In this document: positions 1-9,883 of the stretch, piece after piece
Numbering within the stretch: position 1 is the first letter of the stretch
Layout of the letters: each line of letters begins with the position of its first letter
IMG/VR virus record: IMGVR_UViG_3300031576_000019
Location: 26,774-90,773 of that record
Source of the DNA: a virus
Direction: 5' to 3' (one strand)
Length of the DNA: 64,000 nucleotides
The notes under the pieces: model-generated
Database searches by the model: none
Told to the model about the DNA's origin: nothing
What the model saw: only the letters and a program-made list of their open reading frames with translations
Program-made: the position numbers and the translations under genes

Positions 1-3000
1 TGGACCCATGTTGTGGAACGGGCGAGGCATTAGCCACCATAGAAAGGATGCGCGGTCCCGCAGAAACGTATGGAATAGAACTGTCGGACGTTCGTGAACT
101 AGAAGCAAAAACCCGTCTCACGACTACGATTTGTTGCGGTTACGAGTATTCCCAAATTACCGACGACACTTTTTCATTGGTACTTTTGAATCCGCCGTAT
201 GATGGCGAGGGAGACACAGGTGGTGGGGCAAGGATGGAAGAGACCTTCCTGCTCAACACCACCTCCCGCATCACACCAAGGGGTATTCTCCTTTATCTCA
301 TTCCCCACATCCGCTTGCACAATGAGAAGATTGCCCGCCACCTGGCTGGCTGGTATTCTGACCTGCGCTGTTTCAAATTTGCCAAAGAAGATTACGAGGT
401 CTTTGACCAAATCATCTTGTTTGGCGTGCGGCGGGCCGAATATAAGGCCCCAACCGCCGAGGCCCAAAACGAAATCCTCAATATCTGGTCGGTTGGGAAT
501 CTGGTAGACCGCTACGATGAAGTAGTTGGCGAGAAGGGGAAGGCTCACCGTGTAGCTGTTCCAGCACCCATGCCCTTCTTTGTTGCTGGGCAGGGTGAGT
601 ATGCCGTCCCTGATGCGCCTCTGCGCGGGCGGCATGGGGCTCCCTTCAAATTCCAATACCTAATTGTGTCTGACGAGGACAAGATTCGTGAGTCCGAGCG
701 GGCCGCAGGCCGACTCATCCGGGGCAACGCTTGGCGTGACCTCACTCCGCGTCTTGAGCCACTGGTAATTGAACCAGCCATGGAGCCCAAGAAGGGCCAT
801 ATCGCTATGCAGGTCAGTGGTGGTCTGCTTGGCACCAATCTCCTCAACGACCAGGGGCGCGTCATTCTCCTGAAAGGTTCGGTTATCAAGCGGTCCGTCA
901 CGAAGAAGGTAGTACAACCTGTAGACGAGGAGGGCGCGGAACCCCAGCCAGAGGAAGATGACGACAAAGAACATATGAATAAGGTAGAGATGGAGGAGCG
1001 TTTCTACACCAGTATGGCCGTGCTGTCGGAGGCCGGTGAACTCACCATTACCGAGGATGTATCGGAGGTCAAGGAACTGTTGGTCAAGCATGTGGCTCAA
1101 CTGGCCGATGTGGTTCAGGCCCGAAACCAGCCGCGCTACAGCATGAATCCTAAACCATGGGAGTGGGCTATCTTTGACAACCTCTCGCGTAGCCGACAAC
1201 TACCGGGCCGAAACGAAACGGGCTTGACCGACTTTCAGAAGCACTTGACCGTTGCAATGGGACGTTTGTGTCTGGCTGATGGGGCCGGGTTTATCAATGC
1301 GGAAATGGGAAGCGGCAAAACCACCATTGGTATCTCTATTGCTGAATATCTCAGTGCGGCCAAGACACGCAAGAATAAAGCGCCTGTTTATCCGGTCCTG
1401 GTCGTCGGACCTGGCATTGTTACTGGTAAAGAGAACTGGCCAAAGGAAATTCCCGAGGTCATCCCTGGCGCGAAAGCCCGAGTGATTGAAGTGGGAGCGA
1501 AAGCCGCTCCCAGGCCGATGAAGATTGGACAGTATCTTTTCTCCATCTTGGGATTACATCTCAATAAGTCCGACTTTGAAGGGAAGAATGCCTACGGATG
1601 CCTTAACTTGCTCAAAAGGATAACCTCCGAGCAGAAATTGCGCGTGCCCAAGGCTATTGCTAAAGCGGTAGAGTTTTCACTGCACGAGGCCGAGAAGCGC
1701 AAGCCTATTCGCCGACGCGGAGCTACTCATCCCAATCTGCTTGATGGTCGCATAGGTGGTTTCCTGTGGCTAGGACTGGATATGCCGCGCGACCCCGCTA
1801 CTGAGGATGACCGCCGCTACTCGGTCGCCCAATTTCTGGACGAGTACGCCAGTGGCGTAATGCCTCTCAAGTCCTTCGCTATTTTGTCGCACGAGACGGC
1901 CAAGCTGGGCCCAGGACGGGTGCCAGCCATCGTTGAGCGGAGCATCCTGAGTAGTAGTGACTCTATTGTGGTCTGCGCCTGTCCCATTTGTGGCACTCCG
2001 CTTCAAGATGTAGACCCTAAGACAGAGGAGAAGTTTTATATCACGCCCTCCAACTTGGAGGAGTGGATTGGCGCTAAACGCCGGTTCTGCGTGGCGCCCA
2101 TGCGTTCTCATAATGACAAGGCCCATCGGGCTGAGATCGGCAAGCGGATTTGGGACCCGGATAAGGGCAAGCATGTCGTGATGGTAAACGACGAACACGA
2201 CCAGCCCCATGTGTGCGGGAGTCCCCTGTTTTCGTACACCTATTACCGCCGAGAAGCGGCCGCCAGTTACATTGCCAAGAAAGCCAAGAAGAAGTTTGGC
2301 CTGATGCTAATGGACGAAATCCACAAGGCGAAGGCCAAGGGCACAGGCGTCGGGCAAACACTGACTCTGCTCAGCAACGCCATTCCCTATACCGTTGGTC
2401 TGACTGGAACTCTCTTTGGCGGATACAGCACATCCATCTTCTGGCTTCTCTATCGGCTAGCCCCGGAAGTGCGCCAAGAGTTTGGCTTCAACGACGAGCA
2501 ACGGTGGGTGGAACGTTACGGGCTTATCAAAAAGGTTTTCTATAGGGACAAGGAACTTGAGGAAGATGGTTCCTTTACCGGCAAGAAACACTTTGAAACC
2601 GTGACCGAACGGCCCGGCATCTCGCCCGCCATTGTTGGAACAGGATTGAAGTTCTGCTCCTTTAGCAGTCTCACTGACATTGGCTTGCCATTGCCTAAGT
2701 ATTCGGAGGAGATTGCCCGCATTGCTCCCTCGGACGATATGAAGAAACAGTATCTTGAGGCCGACAAGGGTGTTTATGATTGGGCTATCAGCCGAATGCA
2801 CGAACCGGGCGGCAAAGGTGCAATTGGCGTCTGGTTGACCTCGGCCCTCAATCGGCCCAGTTCAATGTGGCGCTATGAGAAGGTAACCTTCAAGGCTCGC
2901 ATCAGTGGCCGCGGCAAGTGGGCCATCCGGGCCGAAGAAGACGTGGCCGAGTTTGAGTCTGTGGTTCCTCCGGGTGGGATCGTGGTGGTGGACGGGAAAG

Positions 3001-3758
3001 AGATTTACAGGCCCGATTTATCAGTCCTGCTCCCCAAAGAAGATTGGCTGGCCACAACCGCTCGTAACGAGATGGTCCAGGGCCGCAAGACGCTGGTGTA
3101 TGTGCGTCAGACTGGCACCCGCGACATTCAGCCCCGACTTCAGGCGGTACTAGAAGCGCGCGGTTTGCGGGTAGGAATTCTGCGCCCATCCCTGGCCCCA
3201 GTCAAGCGTGCGACTTGGATTAAGCAGAACGCTCCCAAATTCGACGTTCTGCTGACCAATGCGCGCCTGGTGGAGGTCGGCCTGAACCTGACAATGTTCG
3301 CCACCGCAATCTTCTATGAACTGGAATGGTCGCTCTACACGCTCTGGCAGGCCATGCGTCGTCTGTATCGACCTGGCGCCCCTCTCCCGGTCAAGCTGTA
3401 CTTCCCGGTCTACACTGGCACGATGGAGGAGAAGGTCATTGACCTGATGGGGGCCAAGATGATGGCCGCTCAGGCCTTCTATGGCGATGAGGTGGGTGGT
3501 GCATTAGTGGAAGACGGTGACACCGGTGACTTACTGGAAGATTTGGTCCGTTCAGCCATGGGCGATCTAAAAATTGGACGGGCCGAGGGTCTTTTCTCGC
3601 TGGGTAATGACCTGCTGGTAACCGAAAGTCCGATGGGTAGTCCAACCGCCGTCAGCCCACGGATGAAGACTATGAGCGAGATGTTGGCTCTGGTCCAAAC
3701 TAGCGTCAGTCACAGGAAGAAGGTTGTCGTCCCCGACACCCAATTCTCGATGTTCTAA
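1..3758 (+). CDS. N6-adenine DNA methyltransferase (DUF6094-like) fused to an SNF2/SF2 helicase (DarB-like architecture); 5' end truncated by the window
   Basis: The frame is open from nt 3 and reads DPCCGTGEAL (SAM-binding motif I) before the ATG at 48. Also LLNPPY (amino-MTase motif IV), AEMGSGKT (Walker A), DEIH, LTGT and QAMRRLYRPG (helicase motif VI). Confidence 0.85.
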   Translation, partial: DPCCGTGEALATIERMRGPAETYGIELSDVRELEAKTRLTTTICCGYEYSQITDDTFSLVLLNPPYDGEGDTGGGARMEETFLLNTTSRITPRGILLYLIPHIRLHNEKIARHLAGWYSDLRCFKFAKEDYEVFDQIILFGVRRAEYKAPTAEAQNEILNIWSVGNLVDRYDEVVGEKGKAHRVAVPAPMPFFVAGQGEYAVPDAPLRGRHGAPFKFQYLIVSDEDKIRESERAAGRLIRGNAWRDLTPRLEPLVIEPAMEPKKGHIAMQVSGGLLGTNLLNDQGRVILLKGSVIKRSVTKKVVQPVDEEGAEPQPEEDDDKEHMNKVEMEERFYTSMAVLSEAGELTITEDVSEVKELLVKHVAQLADVVQARNQPRYSMNPKPWEWAIFDNLSRSRQLPGRNETGLTDFQKHLTVAMGRLCLADGAGFINAEMGSGKTTIGISIAEYLSAAKTRKNKAPVYPVLVVGPGIVTGKENWPKEIPEVIPGAKARVIEVGAKAAPRPMKIGQYLFSILGLHLNKSDFEGKNAYGCLNLLKRITSEQKLRVPKAIAKAVEFSLHEAEKRKPIRRRGATHPNLLDGRIGGFLWLGLDMPRDPATEDDRRYSVAQFLDEYASGVMPLKSFAILSHETAKLGPGRVPAIVERSILSSSDSIVVCACPICGTPLQDVDPKTEEKFYITPSNLEEWIGAKRRFCVAPMRSHNDKAHRAEIGKRIWDPDKGKHVVMVNDEHDQPHVCGSPLFSYTYYRREAAASYIAKKAKKKFGLMLMDEIHKAKAKGTGVGQTLTLLSNAIPYTVGLTGTLFGGYSTSIFWLLYRLAPEVRQEFGFNDEQRWVERYGLIKKVFYRDKELEEDGSFTGKKHFETVTERPGISPAIVGTGLKFCSFSSLTDIGLPLPKYSEEIARIAPSDDMKKQYLEADKGVYDWAISRMHEPGGKGAIGVWLTSALNRPSSMWRYEKVTFKARISGRGKWAIRAEEDVAEFESVVPPGGIVVVDGKEIYRPDLSVLLPKEDWLATTARNEMVQGRKTLVYVRQTGTRDIQPRLQAVLEARGLRVGILRPSLAPVKRATWIKQNAPKFDVLLTNARLVEVGLNLTMFATAIFYELEWSLYTLWQAMRRLYRPGAPLPVKLYFPVYTGTMEEKVIDLMGAKMMAAQAFYGDEVGGALVEDGDTGDLLEDLVRSAMGDLKIGRAEGLFSLGNDLLVTESPMGSPTAVSPRMKTMSEMLALVQTSVSHRKKVVVPDTQFSMF

Positions 3759-3982
3759 AGGTGATATAAATGGCAAGCAAGTTTGTTCGCACTGAACGCC
3801 GGGATGTCCAAGTCTTAACACTCATGTCCTACCATGTCCGACCTGGAGAGAATCAGTTCTTCTGTAAAACGCAACGGGCTTGAGAGTTGTGGGGGCCGAT
3901 GCCAGAAAGCGAAAACGTTTGTCGTCTTAGGCGTTGGCCTATTGACCGGATAATCTTTGTCGGCACAAAATAAGGAGCCATC

Positions 3983-4327
3983 ATGCGTTTGTACATTGCA
4001 ACTCGAACAGAAGAAGACGGACCACAAGTATCCGTTCAGGATGTCGAGAAAGCCACATCCTACCCACTCAAACATATACTCCGTCACTCGCCCAATGGCT
4101 TTGAGTGGCATTATGGCGGGAGCGGACCGGCGGACCTCGCGCTTAGTATCTTGGCCGATTACTTTGGTGAACAGGATATCGACCCCGCCAGTTTTCTCTA
4201 TAAGACTCGTTCCGAGCGTCTCTACCAAGCCTTCAAGTGGCGTTTCATTGCGCCTGCACCAAGAGGAGACTGGATTCTCGCGGAAGGAGATATTACCGCC
4301 TGGCTCAAACACGAGGGTGAAATCTAG
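3983..4327 (+). CDS. DUF6166-like protein
   Basis: HSPNGFEWHYGGSGPADLA signature; AAGGAG RBS upstream. Confidence 0.7.
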   Translation: MRLYIATRTEEDGPQVSVQDVEKATSYPLKHILRHSPNGFEWHYGGSGPADLALSILADYFGEQDIDPASFLYKTRSERLYQAFKWRFIAPAPRGDWILAEGDITAWLKHEGEI

Positions 4328-4366
4328 TTTCCCTCCAAGTTGGAGGGATTAGTTGCTTCGCAGAGT

Positions 4367-4394
4367 AGCCTCATAGAAATATGAGGCTCTTTTT
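4367..4394 (+). terminator. Intrinsic terminator
   Basis: agcctcata-gaaa-tatgaggct (9-bp stem, GAAA loop) followed by cttttt. Confidence 0.75.
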
Positions 4395-4408
4395 AGTTGG
4401 AGGTCTGT

Positions 4409-5059
4409 ATGCAAGAAGAAACAATCTACCCAACTGGGGACAAGCCCTATGAACGAGTCCTTCGCAATCCGCGAGGCTGTTCCCAACTCGAATTGTTGGT
4501 CACCATTGTAGGGGAAAGACCGGCCCGCAATCTACTCCAAGCAGCTGGCGATCTGTCTGGTATCTATCGCATGGGGGTACACGACCTGCTAGGCATAGAT
4601 GGCCTGGGAGAACGGCGGACCGCGATGATTATGGCCATACGTGAGGTAGCGAACCTTTCCATGGTTCCACTGGCCCGCTCGGTCACCGATTCAGCTGGTG
4701 CTGCCTATGCTCTGTTTCGCCCAAATTTCGTGGGCCGCGAACAGGAATATCTGTATGTTCTTTTGCTCGACACTCGCAATCGCGCTATTGGCCAGCCCAT
4801 TGAAATCTATCACGGGTCACTCAACACCTCGCTGATTCGGGTCAGCGAAGTTTTCTGCGTCGCGATCAAAGCCAATGCGGCCTCCATTGTGATAGCCCAC
4901 AACCATCCCAGCGGCGACCCCTCGCCCAGCCCCGAAGATGTGGCCGTGACCCGCGCCCTCATCGAAGCCGGGAAACTGTTGGATGTGGAGGTGCTGGATC
5001 ATCTGGTCGTTGGCGACAATCGCTTTGTATCAATGCAAGAACGCGGCCTGGCCTTCTAA
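4409..5059 (+). CDS. radC: RadC-family JAB/MPN domain protein
   Basis: HNHPSGDPSPSPED and LDHLVVG motifs; HhH-like GIDGLG; GGAGG before the ATG at 4409. Confidence 0.9.
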   Translation: MQEETIYPTGDKPYERVLRNPRGCSQLELLVTIVGERPARNLLQAAGDLSGIYRMGVHDLLGIDGLGERRTAMIMAIREVANLSMVPLARSVTDSAGAAYALFRPNFVGREQEYLYVLLLDTRNRAIGQPIEIYHGSLNTSLIRVSEVFCVAIKANAASIVIAHNHPSGDPSPSPEDVAVTRALIEAGKLLDVEVLDHLVVGDNRFVSMQERGLAF

Positions 5060-5073
5060 TTAGGAGGAATAGT

Positions 5074-5490
5074 ATGGATCCCATCACCGAAATCCAAACC
5101 GTCTTATGTGCAGCTGGCCAGGGGGAAGAACAGGCTATGGCGCTTGTTCACAAAATGTGCATAATTATTCACATGATTGACGACTCCCCTACTCTGCTTA
5201 AACGCGCCGAGACACTTCATGTTCGTTGGACCCTGCACGCCGCCCAGCTCCGCGTTCTTAGTACGTTCAAGTTTCTGCCAGATGAAAATCTCCACAACAC
5301 CGCCAAGGCTGAAGCCTATGAAGCCTGCGCGTGGCAGATGGGTGAGTTGATTTCTCTTATCAAAGGACTCAACTCATGTTCACCCCTAGCACTCTCCTCG
5401 AACGAACCATCGGAACAAACCAACTGGCTGCAGAAATCCTCATTGGCCTTGCCTACCACATCCCGATTGACCGCGCCAAGCGGTGGGTAG
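5074..5490 (+). CDS. Hypothetical early protein
   Basis: AGGAGG RBS; 3' part overlaps the next ORF. Confidence 0.5.
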   Translation: MDPITEIQTVLCAAGQGEEQAMALVHKMCIIIHMIDDSPTLLKRAETLHVRWTLHAAQLRVLSTFKFLPDENLHNTAKAEAYEACAWQMGELISLIKGLNSCSPLALSSNEPSEQTNWLQKSSLALPTTSRLTAPSGG

Positions 5491-5642
5491 AGCCTAGTCC
5501 GTTCACCATTTTTGCACTCAATTTAGAAGGGATAACCGACGCCGCCATTGCGCGGGAATTTGGCGTTTCGCCGGTTGTCGTGTTTCACCGCAAGGCGGTT
5601 ATTCGCCAAGTGACTGCCGACATCTTGGCGCTGGAGGAATAG
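5376..5642 (+). CDS. Hypothetical protein with a C-terminal HTH-like segment
   Basis: EGITDAAIAREFGVS pattern. Confidence 0.5.
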   Translation: MFTPSTLLERTIGTNQLAAEILIGLAYHIPIDRAKRWVEPSPFTIFALNLEGITDAAIAREFGVSPVVVFHRKAVIRQVTADILALEE

Positions 5643-5957
5643 ATGTTAGATCAGATACAGAGAATGGTCGGAGGAGCTCGCAGACAACTTTTCCCCACTC
5701 CCACCGAGACGCTCATCATGGACCTCGAGCGGTTTATTGAGCACATCGAGTCTACTCCCGGTCTAAAGCGGTGGGAAATTCGATTTCCCCGCAAAGCCGT
5801 TCGGCAGGCCAAGGCGGGTGAGATGGTTATATTGAAGCAATTTAACGCGCGCTTGGAACTCCGGGCGCGGAAGTGTAGTCTAGCGGTTTTTTACGATCTC
5901 GCTCACGATCCGCGCGGCGAGGATGGCATCATTGTTGAAAGGAAACGCAGCAGATGA
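5643..5957 (+). CDS. Hypothetical protein
   Basis: GGAGG RBS; tightly coupled to neighbours. Confidence 0.55.
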   Translation: MLDQIQRMVGGARRQLFPTPTETLIMDLERFIEHIESTPGLKRWEIRFPRKAVRQAKAGEMVILKQFNARLELRARKCSLAVFYDLAHDPRGEDGIIVERKRSR

Positions 5958-6145
5958 AGATTATCAAACTGACACTTGTAGTGTCAGAGGAGATCGTCGA
6001 TGATCTCTTGAACAATGTTATTCCGGGGGAGGTGGTTTATTACAGCACTCAGCCCGGTATTCTCACCACCGAGCTCCGCCACCGGATTGCCACTTGGGAG
6101 AATCTCGCGCGCCAAATTCAGACCCAGAAGGACAGCCAAGCATGA
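5954..6145 (+). CDS. Hypothetical protein
   Basis: ATGA overlaps at both ends. Confidence 0.5.
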   Translation: MKIIKLTLVVSEEIVDDLLNNVIPGEVVYYSTQPGILTTELRHRIATWENLARQIQTQKDSQA

Positions 6146-6537
6146 AAAACCTCGTCATTAGCAAGAGTTTTTCACATCTCTGGCCCGCGCCAGAGATTTT
6201 CGTTATCCCACTCACGGCCGAAAATGTGAGTTTCCTTAACCATCTATGTGTGAATGTGAGGCTAGATCTGACTGTGCTACTAACGATCTATCCCAGAAGC
6301 GAGTTTGTTGTTGAGGCGCGGGCCCTGTTTGCCATCCACGAAGATCGCCCAGAATCGCTGGACGAAACGTGGATGATTGTTGACCAACACGCGGAATTTC
6401 CCTCTAAGTTAGAGGGCGGCAACCAATATCTTGTGTGTGACCAAGAGGGCTTCACCCTCCGAGTCTATGCCGACGAGGGCGGTGACTATGCCGACTCCGA
6501 AGATATTGAGTGGAAAGTTCTGGAGCAAATCGAATGA
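6142..6537 (+). CDS. Hypothetical protein
   Basis: ATGA coupling; start reassigned to MKNLV. Confidence 0.55.
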   Translation: MKNLVISKSFSHLWPAPEIFVIPLTAENVSFLNHLCVNVRLDLTVLLTIYPRSEFVVEARALFAIHEDRPESLDETWMIVDQHAEFPSKLEGGNQYLVCDQEGFTLRVYADEGGDYADSEDIEWKVLEQIE

Positions 6538-6749
6538 AAACCGTCATTCTTATAAGGCAAACATCCGAGCCGTTTACAGATAACGAACGACAAGAGACAG
6601 CAAGAATTCTGCGAGCGTTGGCTGAACGTGTTGAACGGTTGCCATACTTCTCGCCAGGGGCCGATATGCCTCTTTTTGATAAGAATGGTGATGAGACAGG
6701 CTTCTGTACCGTTCTCACTGATACCGCCGTGTGGAGAATTGCAGAATGA
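6534..6749 (+). CDS. Hypothetical protein
   Basis: ATGA coupling; ARILRALAERV...PLFDKNG pattern. Confidence 0.55.
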   Translation: MKTVILIRQTSEPFTDNERQETARILRALAERVERLPYFSPGADMPLFDKNGDETGFCTVLTDTAVWRIAE

Positions 6750-7294
6750 CCCCCATGCAGAAGATCATCGAAACCATACTGGCTAATCACAACCTGCTTG
6801 GGGCCTTCAACGATCCCGAATGTCATGAGTTACACCTGAAACTGGAAAACAAGCCCTACATGCCACTCGTGATTGAGAAGGTCGGGGCTGACACCATATC
6901 TGTTTGTCACTTCTTTATACAAGAAGGCGATGTGATGTATGACCCAGAACTGACCTTCGGCTGGCTGGATTGGGTACCAACCTCAATTACCCAACATCCG
7001 CTGGGTCGGTACGCCGAGGTTTTCCGAGCTGTAGGTGACAACCCGCGAGCACTATGCGACTCCCAACTACTCAGAGAGTTGAAATCATTTGCAACGATGT
7101 GGGCTACAAACATCAAAGACCAAGGTTTTACCGGTGACAATGTGAAAGCCAAGAGTCTAAGCCACTCGCAGGTGACTGGAAAGCCGAATGTAGAAGACGA
7201 CTATGTTGAGCCAGCCATTCCGTTCAGTTTGCCTGACGATGCCGATATTCAGCCAGTCTATGACCAAGTAGATACAGGCTGGGGAATAGATTGA
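6746..7294 (+). CDS. DUF6908-like protein
   Basis: PYMPLVIE...ISVCHFFIQEGDVMYDPELTF resembles the family motif (from memory). Confidence 0.55.
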   Translation: MTPMQKIIETILANHNLLGAFNDPECHELHLKLENKPYMPLVIEKVGADTISVCHFFIQEGDVMYDPELTFGWLDWVPTSITQHPLGRYAEVFRAVGDNPRALCDSQLLRELKSFATMWATNIKDQGFTGDNVKAKSLSHSQVTGKPNVEDDYVEPAIPFSLPDDADIQPVYDQVDTGWGID

Positions 7295-7307
7295 CAGGTG
7301 AAGGATT

Positions 7308-7637
7308 ATGCCAGATTACAGATTGACCTATGCTCGCATAGTTATTATGGAGACTTACATCATCGGGGCCAAAGACCAGGAGGATGCTACGGAAATAGCC
7401 TTCAAGTTAGAGACAGAGGGAAAACTTGGCCTACAAAAGTGTCAAACGCGCCGCGCGCTGGATGGTTGGGAGCCCAAACAAGCCAGTTTAATCCGCGAGA
7501 TTGTGGACGATGACACGATCTGGGAGATTGAGAAATTGTCCGGCCTTGACTTTGATGCAGAAGACGAGAGTGTATTTCGAGCCGAAGCTGTTCACCTTGA
7601 GGCCGCTTACGAAGACCGGATAGGAGAACTAGAATGA
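7308..7637 (+). CDS. Hypothetical acidic protein
   Basis: RBS and ATGA coupling. Confidence 0.5.
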   Translation: MPDYRLTYARIVIMETYIIGAKDQEDATEIAFKLETEGKLGLQKCQTRRALDGWEPKQASLIREIVDDDTIWEIEKLSGLDFDAEDESVFRAEAVHLEAAYEDRIGELE

Positions 7638-8056
7638 GACTGCAACCTAGTGGTGCCTATTGCACTGGCGACCTCATTTGTGCCTATCGGTTAGAAGATA
7701 AGACGCGCAAGAACCAGTTTAGGAAAGATACGGTAGCCCTATTACGCGCAGTGGGCAAACTCATGTTGGAGCAAGGCTATGTTAAACAATCTGTCGCCTT
7801 CAATATGGGTGGCATAGCGGTTTCGGGGGATGCCCATGCCGAGTATCTCAACTTAAGCAATCTACAGGCCGTCTATTGCACCATCAATCAAACCTTTGTC
7901 GTTGGCCCGCGCGAAGACGGTATCTGCATTCGGGCCGTTATCCGTCAGTACAGTGATGCCCGCCCTAGATATGATGGCCCCAATCACTGGTTCTCCGGCG
8001 ATCTGGATGACGAGCAATTAGCGCGCGTTTTGATAAAGATAATGGAGACTCCATGA
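7634..8056 (+). CDS. Hypothetical protein
   Basis: Coupled ORF containing NMGGIAVSGD. Confidence 0.55.
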   Translation: MRLQPSGAYCTGDLICAYRLEDKTRKNQFRKDTVALLRAVGKLMLEQGYVKQSVAFNMGGIAVSGDAHAEYLNLSNLQAVYCTINQTFVVGPREDGICIRAVIRQYSDARPRYDGPNHWFSGDLDDEQLARVLIKIMETP

Positions 8057-8319
8057 TAAAACAACAAATTCGATTTAACGTTAGCGACAAAGATAGCTCT
8101 TCTCCCGCCCTCTGCCCTTGTCGTGTGACGGTTGACCAATACGGGAATATGGAGTTGTTCGTTGAGGGCTATGGCACCGCCGACTCAGAGGTGAGCAAAG
8201 GTCCCATTGCCCACCTAGAACTATGGCAGGGCCAACTGCGCTTATTGGTCTGGCCAGACATCAAAAACGAGGAACCCCTGATTATTGATCTGGGGCAGGC
8301 GCGGGAGTCGCTTCGATAA
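8053..8319 (+). CDS. Hypothetical protein
   Basis: Coupled ORF; LELWQGQLRLLVWPDI..EEP. Confidence 0.55.
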   Translation: MIKQQIRFNVSDKDSSSPALCPCRVTVDQYGNMELFVEGYGTADSEVSKGPIAHLELWQGQLRLLVWPDIKNEEPLIIDLGQARESLR

Positions 8320-8812
8320 CCGTAACCGGTTCTTCCTCCAAGTTGGAGGGATGATTAACCTGCTGACCGATGAAGGTGGGGTTGAACATGGCAATCTGCG
8401 GCTTGGCTTCTCCGCCCTCCGACTCATTATTACCGATGGCCTGGTCCAGAGTGTCCTTCAAGACGGCCCAAATGAACTTAGCGGCCGCCGTAGAATTCTC
8501 GATTGGTAGTCCTTCCCCTTGGGCAATCTTGCGTTGGTGCCGCACGATTTCGGGGAAGCCCATCACCGCCTCCAATTGAGCCGCCAAGATAATCCCCTTC
8601 TTCAACCGCCCCACCATATCCTGAACATCTGGCTTCGCCATCCAGCGATAGTAGGTGGCGCTATCCAGCCCATGCGCTTCAAGCGCCCGTGTAAGAGTAA
8701 AGCCGGGGCGCATCGCTAATGCGACCACCTGTAGCACCTCCTTGATACGTTTCAGGCGCGGCACATTTTCTAAATCAGCATTTTCAATCATTAGAGCGGG
8801 AGTGTTAGACAT
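8282..8812 (-). CDS. HTH protein; terminase small subunit-like or a regulator
   Basis: N-terminal HTH (LTRALEAHGLDSATYYRW), helical core and low-complexity tail, as in TerS. The only - strand gene in the early region. Confidence 0.5.
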   Translation of the reverse strand: MSNTPALMIENADLENVPRLKRIKEVLQVVALAMRPGFTLTRALEAHGLDSATYYRWMAKPDVQDMVGRLKKGIILAAQLEAVMGFPEIVRHQRKIAQGEGLPIENSTAAAKFIWAVLKDTLDQAIGNNESEGGEAKPQIAMFNPTFIGQQVNHPSNLEEEPVTVIEATPAPAPDQ

Positions 8813-8819
8813 AAGGGGA

Positions 8820-8873
8820 AGTATAAAGCAATTTGGTCAATCTGTGAATAAAGGTTCACGTTTCTGGTATGAT
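8820..8873. promoter_or_regulatory. Divergent sigma70-type promoters sharing a GTGAA-N6-TTCAC site (8844-8859)
   Basis: - strand: TTCACA(8848-8843)-17-TATACT(8825-8820), with the ATG 7 nt later. + strand: extended -10 TGgTATGAT (8865-8873). Confidence 0.65.
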
Positions 8874-9028
8874 GCTTTCAGAGGCAAATATGCAACCCCA
8901 AGAGTTCTTCACCATGCTCTCAATAATGCCTAATGACGAGGCCACTGTTGAGGAATGGCAGAGAGTTATTCGCTCTGCCAGTTGGTGGCTAACTTTCTTC
9001 AATGCACTTGACGACCAGGAAGACATCA

Positions 9029-9847
9029 ATGGCCAAAAATAGCAAGATTTCATGGTGCGATAACACCTTTAACGGCTGGATTGGTTGCACTGAGGTTGCG
9101 GAAGGTTGCGAGCATTGCTACGCGAAGTATCTCTCGGCCCGAATGAACTGGGCTGAGTGGGGCGATGACAAGCCGCGCTATCGCACCTCGGCTGCCAACT
9201 GGAAGAAGCCCTTGACTTGGGATAGAGCCGCCAAAAAGGAAGGCAAGCGCATCCGCAACTTCGCCTTCTCTCTGTCGGACGTGTTTGACGTGAGGGTGCC
9301 ATTTCAATGGCTTGTGGATTTTGGTCAACTGGTCAATGGAACAACCCACACTGACTGGTTGATTCTCACCAAGCGGTTCACTATCCCCAAGAAACATCCT
9401 AACGTATTTGACTGGTCAAAAGTCTGGCTGGGTTATTCAGTCGCCGGTCAGGAAGACCTGCACGGCTTTGACCACATCGCCGATATTCCATCCAAATACC
9501 GCTGGATTTCCTACGAGCCCGCCATTGGCCCGGTAGATTTTGAACCAGTTCTCAAAACGGGCCAACTCAACTGGATTGTAGTGGGTGGTGAAAGTAACCA
9601 ATACGACTCAGGGAAGCTTGTCCCAGCCAGGGCCTTTGATGTGAGCTGGGCCTACAGCGTTATTGCCCAGTGCCGAAAATATAAAGTCCCGGTTTTCGTC
9701 AAACAATTGGGGAGCAGGCCCTATCGCTCACCCCAACACAAAAAAGCCACCGGCTACAACATCTCGCTCAAGGATGGTCATGGGGCCGACCCATGGGAAT
9801 GGCCCGAAGATTTGTGGGTACAAGAGTTTCCTGACGAGGAATTTTAG
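9029..9847 (+). CDS. Phage Gp37/Gp68 family protein (DUF5131)
   Basis: ISWCDNTFNGWIGC...GCEHCYA, SLSDVF, LILTKR, SYEP, WIVVGGES and FVKQLG motifs. Confidence 0.9.
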   Translation: MAKNSKISWCDNTFNGWIGCTEVAEGCEHCYAKYLSARMNWAEWGDDKPRYRTSAANWKKPLTWDRAAKKEGKRIRNFAFSLSDVFDVRVPFQWLVDFGQLVNGTTHTDWLILTKRFTIPKKHPNVFDWSKVWLGYSVAGQEDLHGFDHIADIPSKYRWISYEPAIGPVDFEPVLKTGQLNWIVVGGESNQYDSGKLVPARAFDVSWAYSVIAQCRKYKVPVFVKQLGSRPYRSPQHKKATGYNISLKDGHGADPWEWPEDLWVQEFPDEEF

Positions 9848-9883
9848 TTGCTTCGCAGAATCTTTTTAGAAAGGAACTTTGGT

